Source of the DNA: Azolla caroliniana
Lineage: Eukaryota > Plantae > Polypodiophyta
Assembly: GCA_043228905.1 (NCBI GenBank)
Contig: JBHGNT010000002.1
Coordinates: 25,792,001 to 25,856,000 of the forward strand
Length of the DNA stretch: 64,000 nucleotides
Direction: 5' to 3'
Of this stretch, positions 50,024 to 63,900 are shown one piece after another. How positions within the stretch are numbered: the stretch's first letter is position 1; each line of letters begins with the position of its first letter. Made by a program: the position numbers and the translations under genes. The notes under the pieces are model-generated. The model worked only from the letters and a program-made list of their open reading frames with translations. It did no database searches and was not told where the DNA came from.

Positions 50024-52479
50024 GTTAGCTTTGGCTCACAATGAATGCAATGCAATATGATTCGCTTTGCCTACTGTATAAATATACTACGATGCATATA
50101 ATGAACATATAATCATTTATTGGTGTTGATTATATGTAGCTATGATTCACCAATTTTGAGTGGGTTGTACAACGATAATAGGCTAACATAGCCCATAATA
50201 TGATGAGAATACTTAGCATAACCCAACTTATATTAAAAGCCAAGATGGTAACAAATGTGCAAGGTTTGTTATCATATGAAACTTGTTTGCAAGATATCAA
50301 CATTATTGACTGTTGAATTTTAAAGGATATTGCACAAAACTAGTTATTTGGCCAAGAGATACAATGGATGTTGAAGCTAAAAATGTTCAAGGCATTTTTT
50401 TATGGGTTCAACCTAATCCAACTTATATTAATAATAAGTATATACTAACAAAAAGAGAGAAACATAAATCAACATGGACAAAATCAAGAGCACCTGCATA
50501 TTTGTGATGCCACTTGCTATACATAATTGATACATTAGCGTGATATTATGTATGAAATCCTTGATTGAACGACCTTCTATCGTCATTCCACATGTTAATC
50601 AACAAGCAATAGCTAATCATGCAATGTGTGTATCCTTGTCATCTTAGTTGAGAGTGACATTGCTACTTAGAGAAGGACCACATACTAGTTGCGTTGAAGA
50701 ATGCATAGTTTCACACATGGTCATGTGGCGCATAAAAGGAACAATAATGGAAATATGAGCATTAAGACACACATCATGTACTCTTATTCGTACATCATAT
50801 GTACAAAAGATTACATGTGTAGCCAAATCTTATGATGTAAAATATGTCTCCCGATTAAAGCAATGAACATCAAACCTACTTAATAGGTACTGCACCAAAA
50901 TTTCAACTTTATAATCGTTGCAATTTACATTGTCTATACAAATGACAGAAAATATTAGAATTAATTAGTTATATATGCGACCTTGAGAAAACAAGAAAAG
51001 TTATTGACAACTAAAAAACCAATGGAAATACCTCCTCCCCACACATAAAACAAAAGCAAGCTCAAACTAAAAATAGGATACGTTCTTAAATTCTCACATG
51101 ATGTAAAAACTTACAAATCCAATCAACCCTGCAATTTATGCCAGCCAATTCAAGTTTCCTTGATAAAACCAAGAACCTGCAATTACATTGTATCTATGTG
51201 CCAAGCTAACGACTATGCGCTTAATTTTGTTTTTTGCTAGGCTGGATTGCTTACTAGCCATATTGGATCGAATTTTATCAATAAGATAAGGCCAAAACTA
51301 ATGTGCAAGGAGGGTGTGATTTTTCCATAGAATTAGAAAAAGAAGTGTTTGGATATTTGTATGTTTTCAATGAATTGTGACAAACAAAATAACCATAAAT
51401 TTTTACAATCCTAGGATCACACCCAAAGATATTACCTCCTAAAGGAGAAAAAAAATCATAATTATGAGACACAACTACAAACCTTTGTGTCTCTCTTTGT
51501 AAAAGAATAAACTATATGGAATGTGCTGGTTGGTTTGACATACACATATAGTCGGATGTAGACATGACACAAGATGTATATGCATGGGACATTGGGATTC
51601 CCAAGTGACATTAAACTCGATGTAAACATGGCAATATGATTGTTCATATTGAACGGTGAATCGTGTTCCCCATTCGACATTAATTGATGTAGGCATGACA
51701 ATAAGATCAATGTGACTGAGAGATCATGATGCCCAATTTGTGACAGTAAGTTAGATGCAAACATGGCAATAAGATGTCTTATGAGCAAAATTGAGATTCC
51801 CAATTAGAGAAAGTAGGATTTGAAAGTTACTTTAATGTTACCAAGTAGTGCCAACATTTCGAAAGCTTTGACGTATTGTGGTCCATCTCAACTTTAATAG
51901 AAAAATACACTGGCAAACACCACATGCTATCCATTTTTACTAAAAATGCTTGAAATCAAGACATTTATAGGTATTGTTCAAAGAATAAAGTGAGATATAA
52001 AGTGGTAGTATCTTATAGTCATTTGGTTGCTTTTCACTTGATTAATTTGGCTTAAATTTTGGATTTCTTAAAGTTATGTGATGATAGGTATAATACACGT
52101 AACCATACATTTGTGTAAATATTTCACCTCCACAGTAAATGGGATGAATTCTCAACACTAAAAACATTATAAATGCACTTTTGTGCCATGTAATTAAAAA
52201 AATTCATGCAATCCTAGATATATTGTTGTAATCAGGGTCCATGGGGGTGCATAAAATATTCACGTCTATGACAAAACGTTGACATTGACAATAATGCCCT
52301 TTGAAGGTAATGCTTAAGTAGCATCAAAAAATGATGAATTTCACATATCACAAACATAAATCACTAGCTCTTGAGGATATAGTATTAATGATGATGGAAT
52401 CTAACATTAACATATGTATGTATATAATGATAATAGATCTAGAATCTTTTGATGGGAGTGTTGATGTTCTTTGACGAAG

Positions 52480-53668
52480 ATAAAAACAAGGCACAAAAAG
52501 TTTGCCCCGGTGAAAGATTAGTAACAATGTCAAAGTTCTAGGATGACGTAGTAAGAGCAAGCAGGACAATATCAAATTAATTAACAGCAAAAGCCATTGA
52601 ATGTGATAAGAGTAGGACGAAGGCTTGGAAATTTTACCATGTTTATGTTTTAGTTTGAAGATCAAATAAACTCTCAAAAAAAGTTGTCGAGTTGGCAAGG
52701 TTTAATATGGGCCTCTTGAGAATTAGGTTAAACATTAGAATTCCTTGTACTAGGTATATTATATAGAGATTGGTCTAACTCATAAGATGATTTTCTTGTA
52801 CAAAGGGGTTTTAGTCCAATGGTCATCAAATGCTTGTGAATACATCTTCATGAGGGCAATAAGAAAATATTGTATGATGAAGAAACATATATTCGAACTT
52901 GGAAACAAAATGTAGAAATATTTCTATTAAGAAACCAAGTTACTACTCTTGTGCACAATGATACTTCATATGTGGTATATCTTGTAAGTATAGCCTTATG
53001 GCGTTTTCTAATACTAATGTAGTATCTTTTTTTGAAAAAAATAAATGATACTTCATTTCACATACGTAAAACCAACAAGAGGAGTGAATGAAAGAATAGA
53101 GTGAAATTTGAGTTATAGTTGCATAAGATAGACATCACGTGGGACGTTATCAACTCAATTTCAAAGTAATTGTCTTGTAATCCTAAAAACATTCATACTC
53201 AACACAATTAAGTGTAGTCTATAATTCAATTAAGAATATTGATTTAAATCCATGTATAAATACCAATTAGAATTTATCATCGTATTACAAGGAGTGCATG
53301 TGTTTTTTCATATTTTTCAGTTAAATCGTTGCTAAATAAAAAGTATAATCAATTTGCATTTCTCCATATTACTAATTACATTGTCGAGAACAAGCTTTGA
53401 ACCGCTGAGCTTGCGGGGGAGTGTTAATCAACTACATTTTATGTGGTTGGTATAACTCTAGTCATAGACTTAACCGACCACATAGAATGTGGTTGGTGTA
53501 TCCCAACATATACATATAATGCCCATAGTGGCTTAATGTAATGTGATGATGAACGACATTTTCTTCTCTCATGCTTAATATCTTCATCCCCCCTCTTGCG
53601 AGTGTTTATATTAACTAATCCCTAACTCTCTTCTCAACTTCTCTCCGGTCACATACATCCACACAACA
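52480..53668 (+). mobile_element. Decayed Copia RT/RNase H end with PPT and 3' LTR (about 53422-53668)
   Basis: CTTGCGGGGGAG followed by TGTTA (the SLRG-type Copia end plus PPT), LTR ending ..CAACA. Upstream coding is barely recognisable. Confidence 0.5.
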
Positions 53669-53819
53669 CATTGCATCCACTTAAATAATTAGGAAACCCT
53701 ATTTAGTTACAAATAAGTTGACATGTCATAGGATGTACGCGCAAGAAACAATAATAATACTTAGTAACGGAACTATGAACTTTGCACATTGGTTATCTTT
53801 ATGAAATTCATATACTAAA

Positions 53820-53891
53820 GCAATTGTGGCTTAACGGATAAGGCATTTGACTTCGAATCAAGGGATTGTGGATCCAAATTCCACCAAGTCT
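53820..53891 (+). tRNA. Degenerate tRNA-Arg(UCG) pseudogene or tRNA-derived SINE head
   Basis: D-arm/A-box TGGCTTAACGGATAAGGC. Anticodon arm TTTGA-CTTCGAA-TCAAG (TCG at 53853-53855). Damaged T-loop GGATCCAAATTCC. 5' acceptor strand does not pair. Confidence 0.65.
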
Positions 53892-54117
53892 GTATTGATG
53901 TAATATGGGGTGGATGGTTTGGAATACACGCATCTTACTTGAACCAAGCACCAAATGATGGGTTCCTAGTGTCACAAAATAAGCTCAAATGGATAGATGG
54001 TTAGGAATCCACATGTTGTATGCAAATAAAGTTCCATGTGATGGGCTCCTAGAATCAAAAGTATTGGTATCTCAAAGCATATACAATTGACCTATGTTGA
54101 AAGGCTTTCATGGTTCC

Positions 54118-54551
54118 TTTGTGAGATGACCAAAATCAATGTAATATTGTTATGTCATGGATCTTGATAAATCCTATGCCAATGTGGTTTGACAAAGTTT
54201 GATTAAGCCAAAGTTTAGAATATGGGTTGACATACCCCTCTTTAATGCCACTCCATGTGTGGATTTTGATGGAAGCTAGCGGAAAGTGATTATTAAACTA
54301 TTGCCATTAGTTTGGATTTTGCAAATTTAAGGCTTTGTGAAATGACCAAAAGAAATGTAAGATTGTTTGTCATGGATCTTCATAAATCCGATGCCATAAT
54401 ACTACGGGTCGATAAGGTTTGATGAAGTCGAAGTTTAGAAAATGGGTCGACATACCCCTCTTTAATGCCACTCCATGTGTAGCTTTTGATGGAAGGTAGT
54501 TGAAAATGATTAAATTGTTGCCATTAGTTTGGATTTTGATATTTTATGGCT
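54118..54551. repeat. Diverged tandem duplication, period about 217 bp
   Basis: GACATACCCCTCTTTAATGCCACTCCATGTGT and flanks occur twice. Confidence 0.9.
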
Positions 54552-55200
54552 ACTATTACCATAGTTTTGGCTTGTTATAGTCTCATGGTAGTTTCTTGCA
54601 TTCATCAAACTTGATCAATATTTGGCGACAGTGTAATGGCTAGGGTTGAACAACATCAATGTTTAATGAATGCGTCTTTGAATACTTTTTTACTTAAGCG
54701 TTGTGGTCTCGTGGACTATATGACGGGAACTGACTACTAAGACTTCACATGGATGATACATCCATCTAGTCTTGGACCGATAATATTAGTATAGAGACAA
54801 GAACCAAGGCTTAGCCCTCGACAAAGGGACAACTAGTCAATTATGCTAGTGGATCGTGGTGGTTCCGATAAAACAGGACCATGAGGTTGTAGACTTTGAC
54901 AAAAAGACCGTATGTCATCTCGTAGCTAGCATGGGGACCGGTCTCGGAACAAGATGTCAGATGGTAACAAACTCTGTTATCCCCTAGAGACAGGGTCATC
55001 CAGGTCTTGACTGGATGTGAATGATTGACCTGGACAAAGGAAGGAAGGACTAGAGAGTTTCCCTTGAGTCAAGAAGGGTAGGCACCACAAAAGTCAAGCA
55101 AATTTTAGGGAGAGAGGTCAAGGCAAAAAAGAAAGGCAGACAAAAAAGATGAGCAGAAGGAAGGGAAGGAGCAAGCGCTTCATGAGGAGCAAGAGCAGAA

Positions 55201-58200
55201 ATGCGAGAGGTCAGAGGTGGGCTCTTCATAGGGGATGCCAAGGATGCCCACCTGCTCATGTCCACATCCTCGTGCCCTGCCCACCCCGTCGTCTCGCACC
55301 TCCTCTCTCTGCTCTGCCGCCATGGCGATGACGCAGACACGCCGGACGCCCCCCCCGGTGTCGATGGTAAGGCGATCCAACGGCTGCATGTCCCATGGAA
55401 GGATACTGAAGATCAGAACATTCTCGATGATCTTGAGCTCTGCCTTGCGTTCATAGAAGAGGGGAGGATGCGAGGAGGCGTTCTAGTTCATTGCTTGGCT
55501 GGTGTGTCTCGCAGGTATGCCATGATGGATGGGATTGTGACGAGGATGATACATACGCATGCCTAATTCTTGCGTGTATTTGTTTGTGTGTGTCAGCATG
55601 TATGTGTATGTATATAAGTATATGATGAAATGTGTACCATAGTGAAGTGTGTGTATGTAGTATGTAAGTATATATGAAATGTGTATGTATTTTAGTATAT
55701 ACAAAATGTATATGAATGGAAGTATATGATGAAATGTGTACCATAGTGAAATGTGTGTGTGTGTGTGTATGGTAAAGCTTATATGAAATATGTATGTATC
55801 TATATACGTTTCTATGTACCATGGAAGATGGTGAGGACAATTATATGCATATGTATTTGTCAGTGTATGTGTAATTATATGATGAAATGTGTGTATTTAA
55901 GTCCATTGGGAAAGTGATATATATGCATACACATGCACATGTATGTATATTTCTTGCTAGGTACTATGGAGGTATGCATGTGGTTATGTACCATGGAGGA
56001 TAATGATGATAATGATACGCATCTGCATTCACAAACCTATTTGGGCATTTAATCTCATTGCTATGTACCATGGCAGATGGCAGTGATGTTAATACATATG
56101 CATGGATTTTTGATGTTATTTACCATGAATGATCATGCATGTACATTAATCATCATAAATGATGATAGTAGCAATACATGCACACACATGCATACTATCA
56201 TAAACTGACAAATGTTGTGATATATGTGTGTGTGTATGCTGCAAATAATGATATGCACAGTGAATCATCATGGATGGTGATGGTAGTGATACATACACAT
56301 GCATACTGTCATACACACATTCTGTAATGTAGTTGCTAAAATGTATGGTATCATAAACTGGAAAAAGTTGTCTTGTGAACATGTATTATGTTGAACTGGA
56401 AAAACTTGTCTCATGGGCATATATAGTATTAGCATTAGATGTACAAGCTATTGATGAAAGCATCAATACCTTGTACATCATCTTGAAATGTGTTAAGTGC
56501 GAGATGAAGCACGTGAAAAGAATATTAGGTCATCATAAACAGGCCCTATTCTATCATACACTGGCAAGTTGTTATATCTCAAGAATGCATATTGTGTTAT
56601 CATAATAAATAATTTAACTATACGATAAGATTTTTATTGCTCTTATATATTTGTACTTGGATCCAAAGCGTGTTTTTTGAGCCTAGTTGTAGAAAACTTG
56701 GGGGTTTAGGGTCTATGCCAAAAAAGAAAAGACTAAATTAGAGTAATCCAAGAATCACCGCCTTTCGAAACTAATTAAATATTAAATTGATCTGTGGTTC
56801 TTATATAGTGCAACTGTGGTGACAGCTTATTTAATGCGATCAGAACAACTATCCCTCAAAGGTTAGTATGGTACGACTTTGTATCAGTAGTTGTGTTGTG
56901 TTTCCATAATAAATGCATTAAGTCCATAGTATGTTAAGTGATTTTTAGGTGCACTTTCTTCTTTGCAAGCCGTGAGTGAGAGTGCTTGCCCAAATGTTGG
57001 TTTTTTGAACCAGGTACTATACTATTATAATTTTCTGTATATGTTATATCTATATGCTGTAATCAGGCAAAAAACTTTGAAATACTGCTGAGTTTTTCCT
57101 TCCCAAGTTTTGGTTATTTCCCAGAATGCATATGGTCAACCCTATCTGGCACAATTGTTTATGCTATTTGAGTAATTATATGGTCAATGCTTCCCCTTTT
57201 CTCAGTTGATATGTGTTATTGGGGCAATTATATAGTCAATTCCTCCTTTTCATGGGTTTTCAGGGGCATTTGGTGAAAAATAACAGAACATTAGTTGGTA
57301 CAAGTTTTTATGGTGTATAGAAATTGTTGTAGATGAATAGTTTGTCATCCCGAGTTCATGTTATATGTGGAACGTTAACAAATATGGAAAATAAATCCTT
57401 GGCAGCTTAAACTTTTTGAATGCATGGGATTCAAAGTTGATGAGGGAAGTGAGATCTATAAACGATTTCGTGTCGAAAAACTTGGTACGTGGATTCTCTT
57501 GATAAATTTCCAACATCATGCTAACATATAGAAATACACAAGCTGAACTCCAGCTAGTATCATCATACAGAAGACTATCTTCAAATGTAAAAACATGCAT
57601 GTGTAGAACTCTTTTTAAAGCCAATTGAATACAATTACAATAACTGATTACTATATATGTTTTAATCGATTCCCTCATTTGATTCTCTGAGTTTGGATTC
57701 AATCAAGCATTTGTAATCAAACTGAAGATTTTGTGCTAAAAAAATATCAGCTTCCTATATCACTATATATAATCAAAACTGTTTTTAATATATGATCATG
57801 ATTAGAGATGGAGTAATGAACTTTAGTTAAATATCAAAATTTTCTCAAATAGGGGAAGCATATGGTCAAGGAAAGAAGATAGAGAATTCAGCTTTTGCAG
57901 CTGATCCATCCTCGATTGCCTCACAAGGCTTGACAAGCTCGGACGTTATTCCACTGTATCGGTGTAAAAAATGCCGAAGAATAGTTGCATGTCCAGACAA
58001 CGTGTTAAGTCATCATGAAGATGACAAGAAATCATCATTCAAAAAGAAACAAAAAAATGCTGTATGGGATCAAAAGGAGGAAACAGGATGCACCTCTGTC
58101 TTCGTAGAGCCAATGCAGTGGATGACCACAGGTAGATTTTACACTGCTGTGTTATTGTAAGCATATTTTTAATGAAAATTTTGATTCAAATGGAAAATAA

Positions 58201-58532
58201 AAGATCAAGATCGCAACACAATTATGAAGAAATAGATTTGTTTTTGGGAAAAAGGTAAAAATGTAAAAAAGAAAAAGGGGGAAAGAAAAAAATTATATAT
58301 TGTTTTTGAAATAATCATGTTTTACAAGTTGATGATTGTGCAGTGCAACTTTGATGTACTCTTTGATGTCTTGACAGTTGAAGAAGGTGGAGTCATGGGT
58401 AAGCTCTCTTGTTTGGCTTGTAAGGCAAGGTTGGGAAGCTTCAGTTGGGCTGGTGTTCAATGTAGTTGTGGAGTTTGGATCGTGCCAGCATTTCAACTTC
58501 ACAAAAGTCGTATAGATGCATCAAGATTTTGA
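55201..58532 (+). CDS. DUSP12: Dual-specificity phosphatase 12 / Yvh1-like with C-terminal zinc-binding domain, 6 exons, about 314 aa
   Basis: Exons 55201-55514, 56809-56861, 56949-57013, 57406-57484, 57853-58131 and 58378-58532 (945 nt). Catalytic HCLAGVSRS, AYLM and CPNVGFLNQL. Zinc domain YRCKKCRR...C.S.FVEPMQWM...GKLSCLACKARLGSFSWAGVQCSCG.W. Confidence 0.93.
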
Positions 58533-59449
58533 AACTATGAAATACTTGTGCCTATTTCTGAGGTATGGATGGCTTTGTCCATGGATGAAATGTTGAAAGG
58601 AAGAATGTTTCATACGGAATGTGCTAACACCTTATTGTTAATTTGTCGAGTTGTAAAGTATCTGTTGGAAAGGAGGTCGAGTCTTTTATATGGGAACCTA
58701 GATGTTAGTCATGTGCATAAATAAGTGTAATATATAGATTCACATGTAGTATGCTGTGAATTCGTCGGATCATGTTTTCTTGCATGAATAAAAGGAAAGT
58801 CGTTTAACTCATTGGATGACTCTCTCTCGCATGAATACAAGGCACATTGATGGCAATGGACAATCTATCCTAAAAGATGTCGTTATCTGAAGCGAGTCTA
58901 GAAGTTAAGTGGGAAATCTAATGTCATAATCTTCCTTAAATGGCTTTAATCCAAAATTTGTAATTAGGTAAACTATTCTATCTTGTAACTCACATTCATC
59001 TTAACTTTATCAGCAAAGTCATAGTACTGAATAATTTAAGAAAATAAAAAAAGTGTATATTTTGTGGACAATTCAAAATATAGAATAGAAAAGTTTTTTT
59101 GAAATTCAAAAATCTAGTTATCACCCAAGCCTACCAAAAAGTAGTTATATCTAATCTTTTTCAAGTGTGGGAAAGTCTTAGACAAATATCGTGTGATGTG
59201 TATTCAAGTACTCAAGTTAGACGTATAGAAAACATAATCAATGTGGTTGTGAAATTGATGGTTATTGGATTTGCAAAAATTACAATATAGTTCTAAAACA
59301 AAAAATCCAAAGTATGGACACTCTTAGGAATTATTTTTGGAATGTTTTTTGTAAGCAATACACATTACATTAGTATAAATATTAAGGCTCAAGGGCAAGA
59401 CCTGACCAATCAATATGGAGTTGTACCCATGTAAGGGATGACAGCTTTC

Positions 59450-59950
59450 TTTATTTTGCAAAAGGATGTTGAGTGTGAATCTTGGTTGAAGTTGAACATA
59501 TAGATGTGCTCAAGTATGGGTTGAAGCTATTTTTTCTTTTTGAAATTGCCAATGTCACATCTATGCTTCAAGTAGTGGATGGGGATTGTTACATTGTGTG
59601 AGGAACCTCCAACGCTTTTTTAATTTTGTGAATGGCCATGGGGTTGTTAAGAAGGAAAATGGCTATATTTGAAATTACCAAATGCACACCAATAGATAAA
59701 GTAGTACATGAATACCAAATTATTAAGAGAATAGCAATTTGGAGGCAATGGGAGACTTCTACTGAACTAAGCATCAATTGTTTTCATTGTTATCCATGTT
59801 GAGGTGACCCTCCCCTTTATTGCAACTTTAATAAGTCTTCATATTCAATGAGAATGGTTGCATTGCTATTTGGGAGAATTTAATGACATGATTTGAGATA
59901 TGTATGTGATGAGTAGTGTCAATATCCAATAATGTCAAGAAATTGTTGGG
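59450..59950 (-). mobile_element. Decayed Copia RNase H remnant
   Basis: MLSSVEV...SNIAIFLLNNPMAIH resembles the Copia SLSS.EAEY...DN.SAI.LA.NPV.H segment. Confidence 0.4.
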
Positions 59951-60957
59951 CGGAAAAGCTATTGCAAAAAGTGAAATGTATGAATTGCAAATGATAGGCC
60001 AAGGAAAGGGTCAAGCCCTCGTAGCTCCAACCCCTTTATAATACACGGTCAATTATTACCATGTAGTAAGAAGACCTTGACTCATCTGATAGTAACGAAG
60101 CCAAATGAAATGTCACAAGGTGAATATGGTCGATTTCCATAACACAATAGAATACGAAGATGAAAAATGAATGAAGAATATGAAAGCGAGAAAATAGAAA
60201 AGGTTTTTCCCTTATCTTTTTCTATCTCGACTCTTTAAAACCTTTTATAGTTGCCTTTTCATTAAGGTGTGGTAAATGGCATTATTTATAGGTGTAGAGA
60301 TACATTTATGTATTCTAATAGTTAGTTACCCAAGTCTCAACCATGTGTGTTGAAGTGGCAACAAGTTCTATGCACATCAAGCCACGTGGTGGAAAAGATG
60401 GAGGAATAGGCGAAAAAAGTTGAAGAAGGGCGAACAACATCAAAACTAAAGCTACGAAATCCACAACAATAGCTCTTCCTCGTCAACCAACGGGTTGACG
60501 GTGGCAAGAGAGTTGCATAAACTAGGGCATAGTCATCGATAAACAAACCTTTCTATTGAATGGTGTTCAACTCTCATCAGAGCCGAAGCATGCATGTTGA
60601 TGGCAAACATGTCCTTACATTTGACACACCATGTGTCCTCTGCCATCTTCACAATTTATATATATAACGAAGCATGCGGGGAAATGTACCACATACGAGT
60701 TATGAAAGTGTTAGCCCACATGAATGACTCACACATATGTCCATATCTCCGCCACCTCATGTTGGTTTGCCTAGACATGGCCATGTGGTGTGTGTGGACA
60801 TTTGTGAATGGCCATATGTGGCCATTTGTGTTACGTGTATGTCGATATGTGGCCATCCGTGTGTGCGTGTCCATCCATCCATACATTATTATCAGGCTTA
60901 TGGCCCTGCCTTTCAATGTCTTCTTTGCTTCCTCTCGATTCCTGCTTCTGGGGGTTT

Positions 60958-60965
60958 TAGGGTTT
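60958..60965. promoter_or_regulatory. Telo-box (TAGGGTTT) in the 5' leader of the helicase gene
   Basis: Motif lies about 20 nt before the ATG. Telo-boxes are typical of plant ribosome-biogenesis and translation genes. Confidence 0.5.
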
Positions 60966-60982
60966 CGAAGGCGGCGACGGCC

Positions 60983-63900
60983 ATGGCTCTAGCGAGCGAG
61001 GTGGAGGTGGAGGAGAAGGAGAGGGGAAAGGCTGATCCTCTTCCTCTGAACCACCGCAGAAGCAGCAGTGACAACAACAATAACAACACCTTCCAAGGGC
61101 TGGGCGTCTGCGAGCAACTATGCGAAGCCTGTACAGCCCTTGGCTGGACCAATCCCACTCCCATCCAGATGGAAACTCTGCCTCTGGCCCTTCAAGGTGC
61201 TGCTCTCCTCTCCTCCCTTGTATGAGATAATGCATTTAAGTTAATGCGGTTAGTTATACATGTAAAATACAAATGAAACATACGTGGAATATCTTACGAA
61301 GAGATTCGTTTGGGTCCGAGATTATCCCTTCCGTTTAATCATACCAACTTCGTTGGTACAAAATTGAAATTTAGTTTTTTCTACTCACCCTGTAGGAAAA
61401 TCAGGAACTTTTTATTTTTGTGGGTGTAGTTGATGTTTAGGATCGGTAGTTCTCCTTTTATACCATCTGTCACTTTCTTTTGCATGAAAATGCTTCTACT
61501 CATATGTGTGCGTATTTTCATGATGTTCTGGAAATTCCAATATGTAAAACATGTTTGGTTATCAATTCTCAATGTGAATTTGGAAGATATGTACGAGCTA
61601 ATGATCGTTGGATTATTAACTAGCTCATAAATGATGTGTGACGCCATTCAGCTTCTTTTGCACCACGAGAAAGTGCTATATGTACAGCTTTTGTTGATGA
61701 TATAGCGACAATTTTGTTTCTTGGAATTCCAAGAGATAGCTCTGCTGGTTACCATAAAATCATAACCTGTTGTAGAATGTCTTGTGTCTTTATCACCTTT
61801 ATAATTAGGATTGCACTATCCTTGCATTCATAGATGAGAGATGGGCAAATAACCTAGGAGTTTTATCTGGGCTGAGTTTGCATCCTTTGGACTGGGTACT
61901 ACAATCCATATGCCTTTTTGTTTGTCGACTTAATCTCTGGTTGCATGGCAGCCATCCTTCCACCATGTTTGCTATCATATCAGTTGATAATATGCAGCTG
62001 ATATCTTGCTTCTGTTATTTGGTTCGTTGCTGCATTTTTCAGGTCGTGATATGATCGGGTTAGCTCAGACGGGGTCTGGCAAAACAGGTGCCTTTGCGCT
62101 TCCTATAATTCAAGATTTGCTCGAACACCCGCAGCCTCTCTTTGCATGTGTTCTTTCTCCCACTAGGTTCGGCATTCTTTTCTTTCTTTTCCTTGAGGAA
62201 AGTCAAGTATGCTGTTTAGTTGGTTCATGTCTGCTTTCTGTATTATTTATTCAGAGAATTGGCTATCCAGATTGCTGAGCAGTTTGAAGCTCTGGGTACT
62301 GGAATAGGTGTGAAGTGTACCGTGGTATGTATTTGTCAAATGATCTTGTGCATATACTGGAATTGTTACACATGAAACAAATTTTACACGCAACAAAATT
62401 TGTCCAATGATTTAATATCTGAATCCTAATCAGTATTGCTGTAAGGATTACAGTGAAGATATCAAGGAACCTGTTTTCTGTTCTTGATCAGTCTATATTT
62501 AGTGAAGATATCACATAAATTGTTTTCTGTTCTTGATCAGGTTGTTGGAGGCGTCGATATGATGTCTCAAGCTATTGCCTTAGCAAAGAGGCCACATATT
62601 GTGGTATTGTATATTTACCTCTTCTTTTGTTAACTTCAGTGACACTGGTGTGCCATCTAAATGTCTAGCTCTGCACCAGGTTGGCACACCAGGGAGACTT
62701 GTTGACCATTTGACAAATACAAAGGGATTTAGTCTGCGATCAATAAAGTACTTGGTAATATTTCGCGAATTATAAATGTTGATTGCAACATTCAATAATA
62801 TGTGTAGGGTATTTATAAGCCTACGTAGGTGTCGTTTATTTCCTGAGGCTTTTTCCTTTTAAAAAACCTAGTCACCTGCTTGATAAAAAAATGTGTTTAT
62901 CGTGTTAGGTGCTTGATGAAGCTGATAGACTATTGAGCATGGACTTTGAGCATGAAATTGATGAAATATTGAAAGTGATACCAAAGGAGAGAAGGACGTT
63001 TTTATTTTCCGCGACAATGACAAACAAGGTAATCGTCAGTTGAATGATACCTTATATTTAGCTAATTAAGGAGATTAATTAAGAACCTTTGCATGAGCCA
63101 CATAAAATAATCTAAGCAGTATACATGTTATGAGGTTTTAAACTTATTCTTGACTCAAAACTTCCATATGCAACAACCTTCATACACATTTGAAACTTTA
63201 AATGAACACATCCTTACACTCGCTCCACTATGTGGTTACAAGTCGGGCTACCGTTGATGGCACTTTGTTTAGCTTTGATAATGACATTTATTGGCACGTA
63301 TCTGATGAGATGGTGACCCAAGAGGTGTGTTGGTGGCAACGAAAAATCAAAACTCTTGTGGTGACCTTGGATTCTTGACCTAACTAACATCAAGACAATT
63401 TAATGAGCCATCCTTAATCCAACATTGATCAATTGAGAAGCCCAAGCTACTTCATGCACTTGGCATATTTTCAAGTAAATTCTTGGGTCCCAGTAGTTCT
63501 GAACACGGCCATTTTCATGTGTTTTGTGTTTGACCGTAAAAATAAACAGGTATGAGTGGTCTTGAAATAGGTGCATCTGATGACCTTGGAGACTCCCCAA
63601 CGTACATGATCAATTAACTGATTGGGAAGCAGTGTAATTTATTAATGTTCTATTTTGTAATACAGGTAGCAAAGCTTCAACGTGCTTGTCTTAAAAATCC
63701 AGCAAAGGCAAGTAATTGAATCTGGAATACTTTTATCTTGTACCTATATTTATTGAAATATTTTCAGGCATTCATTGGAACAGAAACCCCTGGTATGATG
63801 TGATAATGAAGGTATGTTCTACAGGTTGAAGTTTCTTCAAAATATACAACTGTAGATACACTGAAACAACAATATATGTTTGTGCCTGCAAAGGTCAAGG

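Noticed and set aside
48245-51800. Short ORFs in AT-rich DNA
   Set aside because: No recognisable domain or consistent exon chain; probably decayed TE or intergenic sequence.
54960-55035. CTGTTATCCCCTAG resembles an LSU rRNA / I-SceI-site segment; small hairpin TCCAGGTC..GACCTGGA
   Set aside because: Only about 12 nt match with no rRNA context. More likely a degenerate TAGGG-type TIR. No clear C/D or H/ACA boxes.
55570-56330. TG/CA-rich repeats and His/Thr/Tyr-rich ORFs
   Set aside because: Low-complexity sequence inside DUSP12 intron 1.
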